A DNA stretch of 64,000 nt from the human T2T-CHM13v2.0 reference genome, Homo sapiens. Under the pieces are notes generated by a model, which saw only the letters and a program-made list of their open reading frames with translations, searched no databases and was not told the DNA's origin. The stretch lies in NCBI RefSeq assembly GCF_009914755.1, contig NC_060947.1; one strand, 5' to 3'. This document shows, piece by piece, positions 28,550 to 41,428 of the stretch (its first letter is position 1; each line of letters begins with the position of its first letter). The position numbers and the translations under genes are program-made.

Positions 28550-30250
28550 CTCCAAATATATTTTAAACTGTATTATGTTCACAGTCAATATTAAGTACAT
28601 ACATTTACATAGTCATCATTCATATATTTACCCTTTTCATTGCTCTTCATTTCTTACTTCAGTGCCACAGTTGTCTCTTGGATCATTTTTGTTCTGAAAA
28701 ATTGTATTTAGTGCAGTCTTGCTAATGAAAAATTATTTAGTGTTCATCTGAAAATAGCTATTTTCTTTCATTTTAAGATAATATTTTAGCTCAGTGTAGA
28801 ATGCTAAATTGATTATTGCCTTTCCGCATTTAAAGATGTTCATGTCATCTACCTTTTATTTGTTAAAAATTCAGCTGTAAGTTTTCTCTGACTGCATATA
28901 TGATTTTCTCTCACTTTTTAAAACAGTCTTGCCATAATATATCTTTGAGTATTTTTATTTGTATTATTTTTATGTCTCAAAAATTTTATTAAATCTATGG
29001 GATAATATCTCTCATCAATTTTGGAGAAAATCTTGGACATTTGTTCATCAGATAATATTTCTGCATTACTGTCTGCCTGCTCTGTCTCTGTGATTCTACC
29101 TCCATAAAATACAGACCTTTAAATGAATCCCTTCTTTTTTTTACATTCTTTTCTGTGCACAAAATAGTATTTTGCACTAATCTCTGTGTTTTATACAGAA
29201 AATACTAATTTCTACACAGAAAAGAGTGTAAAAATGGGATTCATTTAAAACACTTCCAATTAGTGTTTATCACAACCTTCTGCAGTATCCAATCAGTAGC
29301 TAACCCATCTAACCAATTTATTTCAGGTATTGTACTTTTCAGTTTTGTAATTATTCCATTGACCATTTACTCTTATTTCATAGATTCCAAATTTCTCATG
29401 GAATCATGGAATTATTTATATTTAAATTATATTTTGTCCAACTTCTTCTTTCATTTGTGCAACAGATTAGTTATAATTATTTAAAGTTCTTTATAAATAA
29501 CTTTTACATCTGCATCACCTACAGGCCCATTTTATTATCAGTTTCCTATTGGTTTCTGGTCATGTGGTCCTGTGTTTGGGTGTACCTAGTAAATTTTGAT
29601 TTAATGATAGAAAATATTATTTGCCTCTGTTGAATGTTCAACTCTTTTTTTTTTTTTTTTACCAGATGAATACAGTAGTGGCTAATCAACTTCATACTTC
29701 TTTAATTTGCTTATTTTAGGCTAGTTTGCAGCCTTGGCCAGACTTAGTCTAACTCTTGTTTATATCTGTTCCTCCAGGGTCTTCAGTTAAAATCCTGATG
29801 TATTTTTCCTTACTCATTTTTCTGAACTCTAACCTTTTTCTCACAAAACAGCAAGAAAACATAACTCTTTATGTCTGAATTTTTCCCCTTAGGTTTTTAG
29901 CTTCCAAGCCCATGTAGAAACTTTATGTAGCAAATGTTCTGTGGCTAAAACTAGTTGTTAACCTTGAGGACACCCAGCTCTGCCAAAACTCCTGCCAAAT
30001 TTGTTGTCACCTTGTAGTAGCACTCCATCAGACTCATTGCTGAATTCATAGTCTTTGGCCTCCTTTCTGTGCCCAAATTCGCTAAATACTGCTGAAAGTC
30101 TGATAACTGTTCTGAGATGATTCTCTCTTCGAAGTCTCAGCTGCTCTGGTTCTCCTTGTCTCAGCAGTTCAATGTTGCCTTCGATTAGATAATTTCTGTA
30201 ATTTATTCACTGAAGGAACACTGATCTATCACCATATACTCCATGTTCCA
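28550..30250 (-). mobile_element. Very old L1ME/HAL1-like ORF1 and 5' region
   Basis: Degenerate antisense ORF1-like text (ttttagctcagtgtagaatgctaaattga; catcaattttggagaaaatcttggacatt). Confidence 0.5.
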
Positions 30251-30299
30251 TGAACACCTAATTTAATTTAGGTCTGCCTTGTTACTCCTCTCATATCAT

Positions 30300-30480
30300 A
30301 TTATTTAAACCTTTACAGCGTGTAGCACAATACACAATTGTGTATTTATTTGTTGCCACTGATCTTGTATCTGCTTTCCCCACTTGACTATAAGAGTTCC
30401 CTCCCTCCATTATATCTTTATCACCTATCACAGTTTCTGAAATACAGAAGGAGCCCAGTACATAATTATTCAATGTAATA
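30300..30480 (+). mobile_element. L2 3' terminal fragment
   Basis: ccacttgactataagagttcc...cacagtttctgaaatacagaaggagcccagtacata. Confidence 0.45.
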
Positions 30481-31589
30481 ATTAAACATTTCTTTATTTG
30501 ATTTATATGAATCTATTTTTACAGACATTTTAACTCCTGGAAATATAAAATATTTTTATAATTATTTTATGCATAGAATTATTCTAGTACCAGAGGTGTT
30601 GTTATTTTCCAGACCACAAAATCTAAACTTGTACTTACGATGAAAGGACCACATTTAATTATTTATCTTTCTTAATGCCACTACAAGCCAAAGACAGCAT
30701 AATAGCCCACTCTTTGAGAAATATACTGTGAGTGGCTTAAAAAGAGTTAGGCTTTGGTGGTTGTGCATACAATTTAAAAAGGAGGCACCATATTCCTGTA
30801 GCTACTGAATGACTAACCAACCTCTTTTTATGGTTTGTCCAACATGTTTTTACTGTAAGTGCTGGAGGTGTAGATAAGAGCTATGGCAACTGCTTCAACT
30901 GTAGTGGGATAAACATGTACACATACACTTCCTCTAGTGCAAAATAATAGCACAAGGAATAATTTGAAAGAGTTTGCAGAAATGCACTATAATTTGTCTA
31001 AGTGAGTGTGTGTGTGTATATTTTAAACTCTCCTAGTTAAAATGAATGTTGAATATATCCATGCTTTTATTAATCATTGCTAGTCACAATTCTAATTACA
31101 ATAAATAACTTAATGTTGGCAATGTAGTTATAATTATTCTTAAAGAGTAAATGGTTCAACATGCATATGTGAAAGACATTATACTTTTCAGAACACCAGG
31201 GTAATTTGGTCAATAATGACCTCAGTGCACTCCATAATGCTTTAGAGGACTGAAAACAACAAATTGTGTCCCTAGTGTACTTTCTGTATACTAACGGCAT
31301 AATATGCCCACAGAAACCCCTGGACAGCACTCGAATAGGTATCTGAGAGACATGAACAATCTTTTAAGCCTTGAGGAAATAAATTCTAATGAATTTGTCC
31401 TATTTAAACCAAAACTTAATGACTTCAACATCTACTTCATATATGAAATAGCACGTGACTAGAATTGGTCTTACCATTGTGAATTATACATTTCTTATTA
31501 GAAATGCTGATAAACATTACTTTGTGTTAGAAAATAATGGTTTGTGTAGATTTATGTCTTGCTCATTCTATCTTTAAAACATGTAATTG

Positions 31590-31878
31590 GGCCAGGCATG
31601 ATGGCTCACACCTATAATCCTAGAACTTTGGGAGGCCAAGGTGGAAGAATCATTTGAGCACAGGAATTCAAGACCAGCCTGGGAAACAGTGAGACCTCAT
31701 CTCTACAAAAAATGAACAAAATTACCTGAGCATGGTGGCATACACCATGGGTGGGAGGATAGATTGGGACTGGGAGGTTGAGGCTGCAGTGAGCTGTGAT
31801 TGAACCTCTGCACTCCAACCTGGCCGATAGAGCAAGAAACTGTCTCAAAAATAAATAAAATAAAAATAAACAATAAAA
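31590..31878 (+). mobile_element. AluJ with internal deletion in the right arm
   Basis: AluJ-type positions (ttgagcacagga, gaggctgcagtgagct). TSD atgtaattg at 31581-31589 and 31879-31887. Confidence 0.9.
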
Positions 31879-33652
31879 ATGTAATTGGAGTAGAGGATTT
31901 TTAAATTTATAAAATTATAACTCTGCTCCAATTTATATGTTTGTGGGGAATAGACATAATCTCATAGAGAATATACATTTTCTTTCGATTGTCATAGAAA
32001 AAAAGTTTTAATCTATTTACTGATGTAGCCGGAGATTCTCAAATTCAGAAAAGCATGGAACTTTTCACCAGTGAATGAAAAATTGCAAGGGAAGTTACAT
32101 TTTATGACACCTGGGGAGAAAAGAGTTGTTTAATATATAAATTGCTTCTACTCATCTCTGTTGCTATGCCACTGGTGTGTTAATATTCATTTGTTTCTCC
32201 AGGTTTATCATAAGAAAATAACAATTTTAGGGGAAAATTTAATAACCTGGGACTAGAGGTTGTTCCTCAATTTAAGGTGCTAATAAAATTATGTATTAAG
32301 CAAATTAAATGGATATTATGCAGATTTTCAAGTAGTGAGTTTTAGATGTCAAATCATTTTTCATGTTATTTTTAAGTCAAAATTGCCCCCAACAAACCCT
32401 GTTATGGTCAAAATAGAGTGGCCCATTCCTCTCAGGTACTCATTATTACAACAAAGAAACCTCAGTCATAATACAATAAATGAGCATTTAAAAAAATACT
32501 CTAACAGACATAAAAACTAAGTTGGGTTACCTAGTGACCTCGTGACTTGAGCAACATGGCAATAATCTCCCAGGGTTTTCTTTTTTGCCTCCTGTATGTC
32601 CTGAACATAGTGCTGCAAAAGCTTCCAAGCTAGACCCATCAACAGGCATACACTAAAGAAGCTTCAAGAAAAGCCTGTTCTTGTCCCTAGCCTAGAGACT
32701 TGGAAAAGAGTAGTTTAACTACAGAAAACATTTTTGACAAACTTACTCTGTTTCAATGAAACGCCAACAGAAACTTGGCCCCATTCCCACAGTTTTAAAA
32801 AAGGGGCTGATTGAGGAGCTAATCTGCCATTACACTCCATGGAAGCAAGTTTTGGATTCTCATTCTCCTGCATGTTAGTGTCAGTGGGGCATACAAGAAA
32901 CTCTGCTTTCCCCACTGGATTGTGTCAAGAGGGCTAAATTGGGAGCCAGTTTTTCACCCATTCCTCTTTGGAAGCAGAAAATCTGATTCCCTTGCTGGGG
33001 TAGAATCAGTGAAGCTGAATGGGAACTGATCCTTTGCTCACCCAAAGGAAGTAAGTGCTGCTTGATTTTTCTGACTGAATAGTGCCAGTGGAGTCCAGCA
33101 TCAATCTCAGCCCTCATTCTCACTGATCAGTAAAGAGAGGTTAAGAAGGCAGGGTGAAGCAGGGCTGGTATTCAGTCTACTTCATCCCCATCCTGGTGTC
33201 ATTGGGTCTGGCTGAGGAGCTGTGCTTCCACCCCTGTGTGGTGTAAATGAGACTGAATAAGGTGATTGTGAATTGGAGGTAGTCAGCACTCTACTTTCTT
33301 CCTGGTGTCAGCAGGGCCCAGTGGAAGAACATCTTCAACCATCTGGCAGCAGTAATGCTGAAAGAAGTAGTTTGATGCAGGACTTGTGCCAGTGGGGAGC
33401 TGAACTTCCATAATCACTTAGTATCAGTGAGGCAGAATACGGTGATGCAAGGTCAGGATAGTCAGGACTCTGCTTCTCCACCTTCTCTCAGTTCATATAG
33501 TCAGGTAGGGACCTAACTTCTAAACCCATATGGCATCAGTGAGTTGGAATGTGGTTGTGAAAAGTAGGGCTACTTGGCATTCGTTTCCCCCACCCTCCAA
33601 GATTGTTACTAGGGCCAGGTGAAGAACTCATCCGTTATTCCCAACCTGCAAC

Positions 33653-34110
33653 AACACACACACACACACATATATATATAATATATATGTAACATATGTA
33701 ATATATATGTAAGCCTTATATATATATATGTAAGCCTACATATATATACACCTACATATGTACATGTGTATATATATACATATATATACACCTACGTATG
33801 TACATATATATATACATATATACACCTATGTATGTACATATATACATATATATACACACCTACGTATGTACATATATATACATATATATACACCTACGTA
33901 TGTACATATATATACATATATATACACCTACGTATGTACATATATATACATATATATACACCTACGTATGTACATATATATACATATATATACACCTACG
34001 TATGTACATATATATACATATATATACACCTACGTATGTACATATATATACATATACATATATATGTGTGTGTGTGTATATATATATATATACATATATA
34101 TATGTAAGCC
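33653..34110. repeat. 34-bp minisatellite (CCTACGTATGTACATATATATACATATATATACA) x8-9 inside a (CA)/(TA) microsatellite
   Basis: Unit starts at 33791, 33825, 33859, 33893, 33927, 33961, 33995 and 34029, plus a degenerate unit at 33751. Confidence 0.97.
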
Positions 34111-34339
34111 TTCCATTTCTCTCTCAGGTCAACCATGGAGCTAATTATACACCTATATCCCTCAGAGGGAATGAGAAAATGTGAAGTGGTAGTCTTACTT
34201 TTACTGGGAGGGTTTCAGGGTGGTGAAGAAATGTGCTTAATTTCTACCACCACTCCATCAGTCTGCAATGAGGCGGTGTGAACCAGCACTCTAGTTTTTC
34301 TGGGCTGTATCAGCAGAACCTAGATAAAAGTTGAACATG

Positions 34340-34342
<3 letters not shown>

Positions 34343-34371
<29 letters not shown>
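34343..34371. repeat. (CA)n microsatellite
   Basis: Read directly from the sequence. Confidence 0.95.
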
Positions 34372-34375
<4 letters not shown>

Positions 34376-37300
34376 TCTGTCCCTTGTACTACAGGTCAAC
34401 AGAACAGCCTGCTAAAAAATATTAAATATGACCACTGTCTTATAAGATATTATACAAAATTTCCAGGATATAAGCATAATCACTTATTTTACCAAAACCA
34501 TGCAGATCACAATATGAGTGAGAAAAGACAATAGACAGATACCAATGCAGAAGTTAATCAGACGTTGGCATTATCTGAGAAAGATTTTTAAATCAATCAT
34601 CATGAAAACTCTTCAGTAAACACCTGTAAATCCTTTTTAAACAAATAAAATAAAAATAATGGAAAATATCAGCAAAAATTTATTAAAATGATCCATTTTA
34701 TATTCCAGCACAAAATGAAGTGATCCAATTTACTCAATTCTGTCCTTACCACAACTAAATATGATGAAAATAACTTAACATACCATTATAAACTAACTAT
34801 AAAAGATGAAAAAGGATGGACTGGCTAAAGAACTCAGGAGTTAAGTAACAACACTATGGTAAATTCTTGTGTTTTATCTACTTTTTATTTTCCATAAGTG
34901 CTATACTGGGGACACAAAGATCCTTTTAACCAGTAACCACAAGGCATAGATTTGAAAAAGCAGAAAAGAAGAAATGTTTTTCACATTTGATCTCATTGGG
35001 CATATTATCATGTAAGGGAAAGCCTAGAGAAGACAAGAAATACAAACCCAAACCCAATGGTATCAATGACTTATCTGCACACAGCAATATCACTACCAAA
35101 ATACATCAGAGTTACCCAATTTCCACCTCACAGTAGTCAACAGTAGAAGCACAGTCTACCATAACAACATTATTAGCAGAGTCTGCCAGAGCAAAACCAA
35201 TCTTTTCTTCACATTAATCACTTGTAATGGTTCTTATCTACGTATAAGAGCATCACTAAAACAGCCTAGAGGATCAATCCCTTCTCTGTCACCTGGAAGT
35301 GGTGAGTATGATCTGCATGCAGCAGTGGCAGTAACAGAATCAAACCAAACCAAACAAAACAAGTCATTCTCTGCCCTACACACAATGATAGCCACAGAAG
35401 TATTTGAAGAAATTGTAGCTGAAATTTTCCTACATTTGCTGAAAGTCCCAGTCTGCTCATAGCGTCATCACCAGCAGATCCCATCGTCCAACCCATTCTT
35501 CATCCCACAGACACTGACAGCAGGTGTAATCTACTCACAGTGGCTAAGTCACTAGACCCCAAGATGGTTACCAGAACTATATATACTAAACTTGGAAAGA
35601 GTGACTTATTGATACAACAAAAAGTTTAAATAGTAAGAAGTCTCCTAACATAATATTCAAAATGTCCCAGATACAATAAAAAAATCTATAGCAAAATAGT
35701 AGATTAGAAGATACCAACCCTTGCCTGCCAACAAAAATTTAGACAGCTATCCACAAATGAAAATATAATTGGCAGGGCTCAAGGGTCTAATTAAAAATCA
35801 AACCAGTAGAGGAACAAATGGAAAATAACACACAGAAAGCATCACCGAGGAGACTGGCATAACTAGAATGTCTAAAAATGTCTAGAAACAAAGAAGAGTG
35901 AGGAAAATCAGATTCAGCCACACAACAGATATCACTGTGGTTTCTAGTAGCATACTCTGACTCCAGCAGCTTTTGTTTTGGGGAACCTCAAGAGCCCCTG
36001 ATGGCAGCCACAGACTGTCCACAGTTTTTATGATAGTGGTCCCCTTAGTTTTTGCCAGTGATGACCCCAGTGGCCTTCTCAGCAGAGAACTCTGGAAGAT
36101 TGTACCACTGAAGTGACTAACAGTCATTGCCACTGTGGACCCTCTAGAGAGAAAGATGCTTCTGTGTTCCTCCAAGGAGTTCTGTTGTGCCACCATAGAA
36201 CTAGGGCCTCTGCCCCTTCAACCTCATGCATGATCTAAACCTCTGAGCTTCAGTCATTCTACATGTTCTCATGCTACAGATCCCAGCTCCAAGGGAACAC
36301 GGAATATGCCCATGCTCCAGACTCTGTCTGTACCACTGCTTTGTGAACACTCACACCTCAGATATTGGAGCCACTGCCACAGCATGCTACCTGAGTCCCA
36401 GAACTAGATTTATAATCTCTGCATGTGCCCGTATTCCACATACTGCCTCTGTCACTACTCCACTAGTGTCTGCACATCGATATTGGAACAACCACCTCAG
36501 CAGAAGCACCTGTGCTGCAGAACAAATAATCACTGTAGCTTTGTTCATGGCCATACTCTGAACACCACCTCCATGGTTGCTTTGACTGTACTTTGCATAC
36601 CATTATTAATGCTGCAGTAGTGGTGCCTGTGCCACAGGCACTGCTGACACTGCCACCCCAGACCCCAGAGCTATGGCCTCACAATGCATGCACATTCTCC
36701 AGACCCTGTCTCTATGGTCACTCCACAAGTACTATGCATCAGACATTGGTACTATCATCACCACAAACACACCTATGCGCCACACTTGGTACCAGGTGGG
36801 ATTCCCTTGGCCATGACTTACCTGTGAGAGAAAAAAAGATCAGGAGGACCTCATTAGCCTTTACAACTGAAGACTCACTACCACAGCAGACACCCACAGG
36901 TTTGGCTGCTGAGAAGTTCTATCATCTTTGCTGAGGCTAACTTCAGCTGACAAAGCTCTATGGAGAATATATAGCTATACCTTCACCAGAGCCAGAACCA
37001 CCACACTCCACCTGGCTGGCACCCTTGTGTCCGCCCACAGAAGATCTTTTCTTGCCAAAAACAGTCTGCAAAGTCTAAAAGAGGTAACTGCTCTTCATCA
37101 AATATGCAGTTATCAACATAAGTTAATAATAAACACAGACACATAAAATCAAGAAACATGACATTATCAAAGAAACACAGTAATTTTCCAGTAACTGACT
37201 CAAAAGAAACAGATCTATGAATCACCTGACAATTAGTTCAAAATAATTGTTTTGAGGATGATCAATGAGTGATAAGATAAAACAGACAGCTCAAAGAAAC

Positions 37301-37533
37301 CGCACAAAATAAAAAATGAGAAGTTTGATAATGAGATAAAAGTTATAGAAAAGAACCAAATAGAAATTTTCAAGCTGAAGAATATATATAAAATATAAAA
37401 TGAAAAATGCAATAGAGAGCATCGACAGAACAGTTGATTGAGCAGAAGAAATAATCTGTGAACTTGAAGACAAGTTATTTGAAAATATCCAGACAGAGAA
37501 GAAAAAATAGAAAATTGATGGAGAGTCTATGGG

Positions 37534-39934
37534 TGATATGGTTTGGATCTGTGTACTCATCCAAATCTCATGTAGAACTGTTATCCACAATGCTGGAGGT
37601 GGGGCTTGGTGGGAGGTGATTAGATCATGGGGGCAATTTCTAATGGTTTAGCACCATCCCCCTAGCGTTGCTCTTGTGATTGAATTGAGTTCTCATGAGA
37701 TATTGTTGCTTAATAGTGTGCAGCATCTCCCCCATTTCTCTCTTCCCCTTGCACCAGTCATGTGAGATACCTGGTTTCCACTTTGCCTTCCACCATGATT
37801 GTAAGTTTCCTGAGGCCTCCACTGCCATGTTTCCTAAACAGCCTGTAGAACCGTGAGCCAATTAAACTTTTTTTCTTTATAAATGACTCAGTCTCAGGTA
37901 ATTTTTTGTAGCAGTGCAAGAACGGACTAATATAGAAAATTGGTACTGAGGCATAGGGCACTGATATAAAGATACCGGAAAATGTGGAAGTGCTTTGGAG
38001 CTGGGTATCGGGCAGAAGTTGGAAGATTGTGGAGGGCTCAGATGAAGACAGGAAAATGAGGGAAAATGTGGAACTGCCTAGAGATTCGTTAAATTGTTAT
38101 GACCAATATGCTGGTAGTGATATGGACAGTGAAGGCCAGGCTGAAGAGGTCTCAGATGGAAATGAGGAACTTATTGGGAACTGAAGCAAAGGTTAGTTTT
38201 GCTCCTGAGAAAAGCAGTTGGCTGCATTGTGCCACTTCCCTAGGGATCTGTAGACCTTTGAACTTGAGAATGATAATTTAGAGTATCTGGTGGAAAAAAT
38301 TTCTAAGTAACAAAGCATTTAAGAATTGGCTTGGCTGCCTCTAAAATCCTATGCTCATGTGTGAGCAAAGAAATTACCTGAAACTGGAAATTATATTTTA
38401 AAGGAAAGCAGAGGGTAAAAGTTTGGAAAATTTGCAGCCTGGCCATGTGGTAGAGAAGAAAAGCCCATTTTCTGAAGAGAAATTCACACAAGCTGCAGAA
38501 ATTTGCCTAAGTTAAGAGGAACCACGTACCAATAGTGAAGACGTGGGAAAAAGGCCTTCAAGGCATTTCAGAGATATTCCGGGTAGCTCCTCCCATCACA
38601 GGCTCAGAGGCCTACAAGGTTTCATGGGCCAGGCCCAGGACCCCACTGCAGTGAGCAGCGGAGGGAGACTGCTCCCTGCTTCCCAGTTATTCCAGCTACA
38701 GCCCAGGATAAAAGGGGCCCAGGTACAGCTCGGGCCCCTGCTTCAGAGGGTGCAGGTTGTAAACTTTGGTGGCTTCCATGGGGTGTTAAGCTTGCAGGTG
38801 AACAGAATGCAACACCTGAGGCTTGGGAGCCTCCACCTGCATTTCAGAGGATGTATGGAAAAGCTGGGATGTCTAGATAGAAGGCTGCTGCAAGAGCATA
38901 ACCCTCATAAAGAACCTCTACAAGTGCAGTATATAAGGAAAATGTGGGGTTGGAGACCCCAAAAAGAGTCCTCACTGGGGCACTGCCTACTGTAGTTGTG
39001 AGAAGAGGGCCATTGTCCTCCAGACTCCGGAATGGTTGAATCAAGGTCAGCTTGCACCCTGCACCTAAAAAAGCGACAGGCACCCAACACCAGCCATCGA
39101 AGCAGCCATGGGGGCCAAGCCCTGCAGAGCCACAGGAGCAGAGCTGCCCAAGGATTTGGGAGACTACTTGTTACATCATTGTGCCCTGGATGTGAGACAT
39201 GAAGTCAAAGAAGATTATTTTAGAGCTTTATAATTTAATGACTGCCCTGCTGGGTTTTAGACTTGCATAGGGCTTATAACCAATTTATTATGGCCAATTT
39301 CGCCTTTTTGGAATGGGAACATTTACTGAATGCCTGTATCCCCATTGTACCTTGAAAGTAAGAACTTTTTTTTAAATTATTTTACAGGCTCATAGGTGCA
39401 AGGGATTTGACCACTCTCAGATGAGACTTGGACTTTGGAGTTTTGAGTTAATGCTGGAATGAGTTAGGACTTTGAGAGACCGTTGGGAAGACATGTTTAT
39501 ATTTTGAAATGTGAGAAGGACATGAGATTTGGGAGGCGCCAGGGACAGAATGCTATGCTTTGGATCTGTGTCCCCACCCAAATCTCATGTTGAAATGTAA
39601 TCCCCAGTGCTGGAGGTGGGGCCTGGTGGGAGGTGATTGGATTATGAGAACAGTTCCTAATGGTTTAACACCATCCACCTGATGCTGTCCTTGAGACAAA
39701 GTTCTCATGAAATCTAGTTGTTTAAAAGTGCATAGCATCTCCACCAACTTTTTTCCTCTATGTGAAGATGCCTGCTCCCACTTTGCCTTTCACCATGAGT
39801 AAAAGCTCCCTGAGGCCTCCGCAGCCATAATTCCTGTACAGCCTTTGGAACCATAAGCCAATTAAACCTCTTTTCGTTACAACTAACCCAGTCTGAAGTA
39901 TTTATTTATAGCAGTGCAAGAATGAACTAATACA
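37534..39934 (+). mobile_element. Full-length MSTA MaLR: LTR 37534-37934, internal 37935-39550, LTR 39551-39934
   Basis: Paired LTRs (tgatatggtttggatctgtg...) flank MST-int. TSD atggg/atgga. Confidence 0.93.
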
Positions 39935-40014
39935 ATGGAATTTTGGGGACATGATCAAGAGAGCTAAGATTTGCATTATGAGTCTTGAAAGAAAAGTGAG
40001 AGAGAAAAAGACAG

Positions 40015-40399
40015 TGTGTTAGTTTTCACAGTGCTATAAAGAACTACCTAAGACTGAGTAATTTATGGTGAAAAGAGGTTTAATTGGCTCACAGTTCTGC
40101 AGGCTTAACAAGAATCATAACTGGGAGGCCTCGGAAGACTTACAATCATGACAGAAGGTGAAGGGGAAGCAAGCACTTTCTTCTCATGGTGGCAGGGGAG
40201 ACAGAACGAGTGTGGGGGTGGAGGGAGTGCCACAGACTGAAACCATCAGACCTTGTGAGAACACACTCGCTATCACGAGAACAGCATGAGGAAAATCCAC
40301 CCCCATGATCCAATAACCTCTCACCAGCTGTCTTCCTCAACACTGGGAATTACAATTCAACATGAGATTTGAATGGGGACATAGACCCAAACCATATCA
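40015..40399 (-). mobile_element. MSTA/THE1D-like solo LTR
   Basis: tgtgttag...ccaaaccatatca. TSD gacag/gagag. Confidence 0.9.
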
Positions 40400-41428
40400 G
40401 AGAGAAAGCTTATTAAAAATGGATGAAAAGATGAAAACACCTCAAATCTGGGGAAGGATCTGAACATTGAGTCACAGAAAGCTCAAAATTTTATAATCTT
40501 GTTCAACCCAAAGAAGGCTACACCATCAATAATCAATAATAAAGAGAAAATCTTTAAAGCAGCAGCCAAAAAAAATCACTACATACAAGGGAATCATCAT
40601 AAAACTGTGAATATATTTCTTCACAGAAACTTTGCAAGTCAAGAGACAGGGAGATGATATATTCAAAGTGCTGAAAGAAAAGAACTTTTAAACAGAATGT
40701 TTTTTCCTGGAAAAGCTGCCATTCAGAAATTAAAGAGATATAAACAGTTTACTTTACCAGACAAACAAAATGTGAGAGAGATCATCACCACTGAATCTGC
40801 TTTACATGAAATGCTAAGGGGAGCTCTTCGAGATGAAACCAAAGGATGCTAATTAGTAACATAAAAACATATGAAAGTATAAAACTTACTGGTAAAAGTA
40901 ATTATATTAAAATTGAGAGTATGCTAATGCTTTAATGGTGGTTTCTAAATCACTTGTAAGTTTTGTATAAAGGTTAAAAGAAAAATTTTAAGAAAAACTA
41001 TACCTACAATAATTTGGTAGTAAATACATTATGTAAAAAAGATGTAAAATTTACCTCAAAACATAGAGGGAAGGATGTAAAAGTGTAGAGTTTGTATATG
41101 ATGGAGGTTATTAATATAAGAGGTTTTATGTAAGCCTTATGATAACCACAAAGCAAAAACCTATAGGAGATACACAAAAGACAAAGAGAAGGGAATCAAA
41201 GCATGCTACCACAGAAAATCATCAAGTCACATAGAAAGACAACAGGAGAGGAAGAAAGAAATAACAGGTATACAAAATAGCCAGAATACAATTAAGAAAA
41301 TGTAAGTTCTTACCCAGTGATACCACCATAAATATAAATGAATTAAATTCTCCAATACAAAGACCATATAGTGGCTGATTAAAGAAAAAGAAGAAGAAAA
41401 GAAGACCTAACTCTATGTTTCCTACAAG

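Larger units (their letters stand above)
32480..35690 (+). mobile_element. Ancient L1M (L1MC/L1M4-type) 5' regions, probably two copies, with degenerate internal tandem units
   Basis: Recurrent gtgtcag(t/c)(a/g)gg...aacttcca units at 32860-33640, an ORF1-start-like stretch at 34440-34700, and a second 5'-like start near 34810. Confidence 0.5.
35700..41428 (+). mobile_element. L1M (L1MA/MB-age) 5'UTR, ORF1 and ORF2 start, interrupted by MSTA elements
   Basis: 5'UTR ~120-bp degenerate units at 36310-36790. ORF1 text (gagcagaagaaataatctgtgaacttgaagacaag) resumes in register after each LTR insertion. ORF2 start near 41330. Confidence 0.75.

Noticed and set aside
30500-32480. Non-repetitive island as a possible enhancer or exon
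   Set aside because: No CpG island, no convincing splice pair and no motif cluster can be supported from sequence alone.
33758-34184. Overlapping Y/I/H/T-rich ORFs and a CRISPR-like periodic array
   Set aside because: These are translations of a stop-free minisatellite. The units are contiguous with no unique spacers, and the DNA is eukaryotic.
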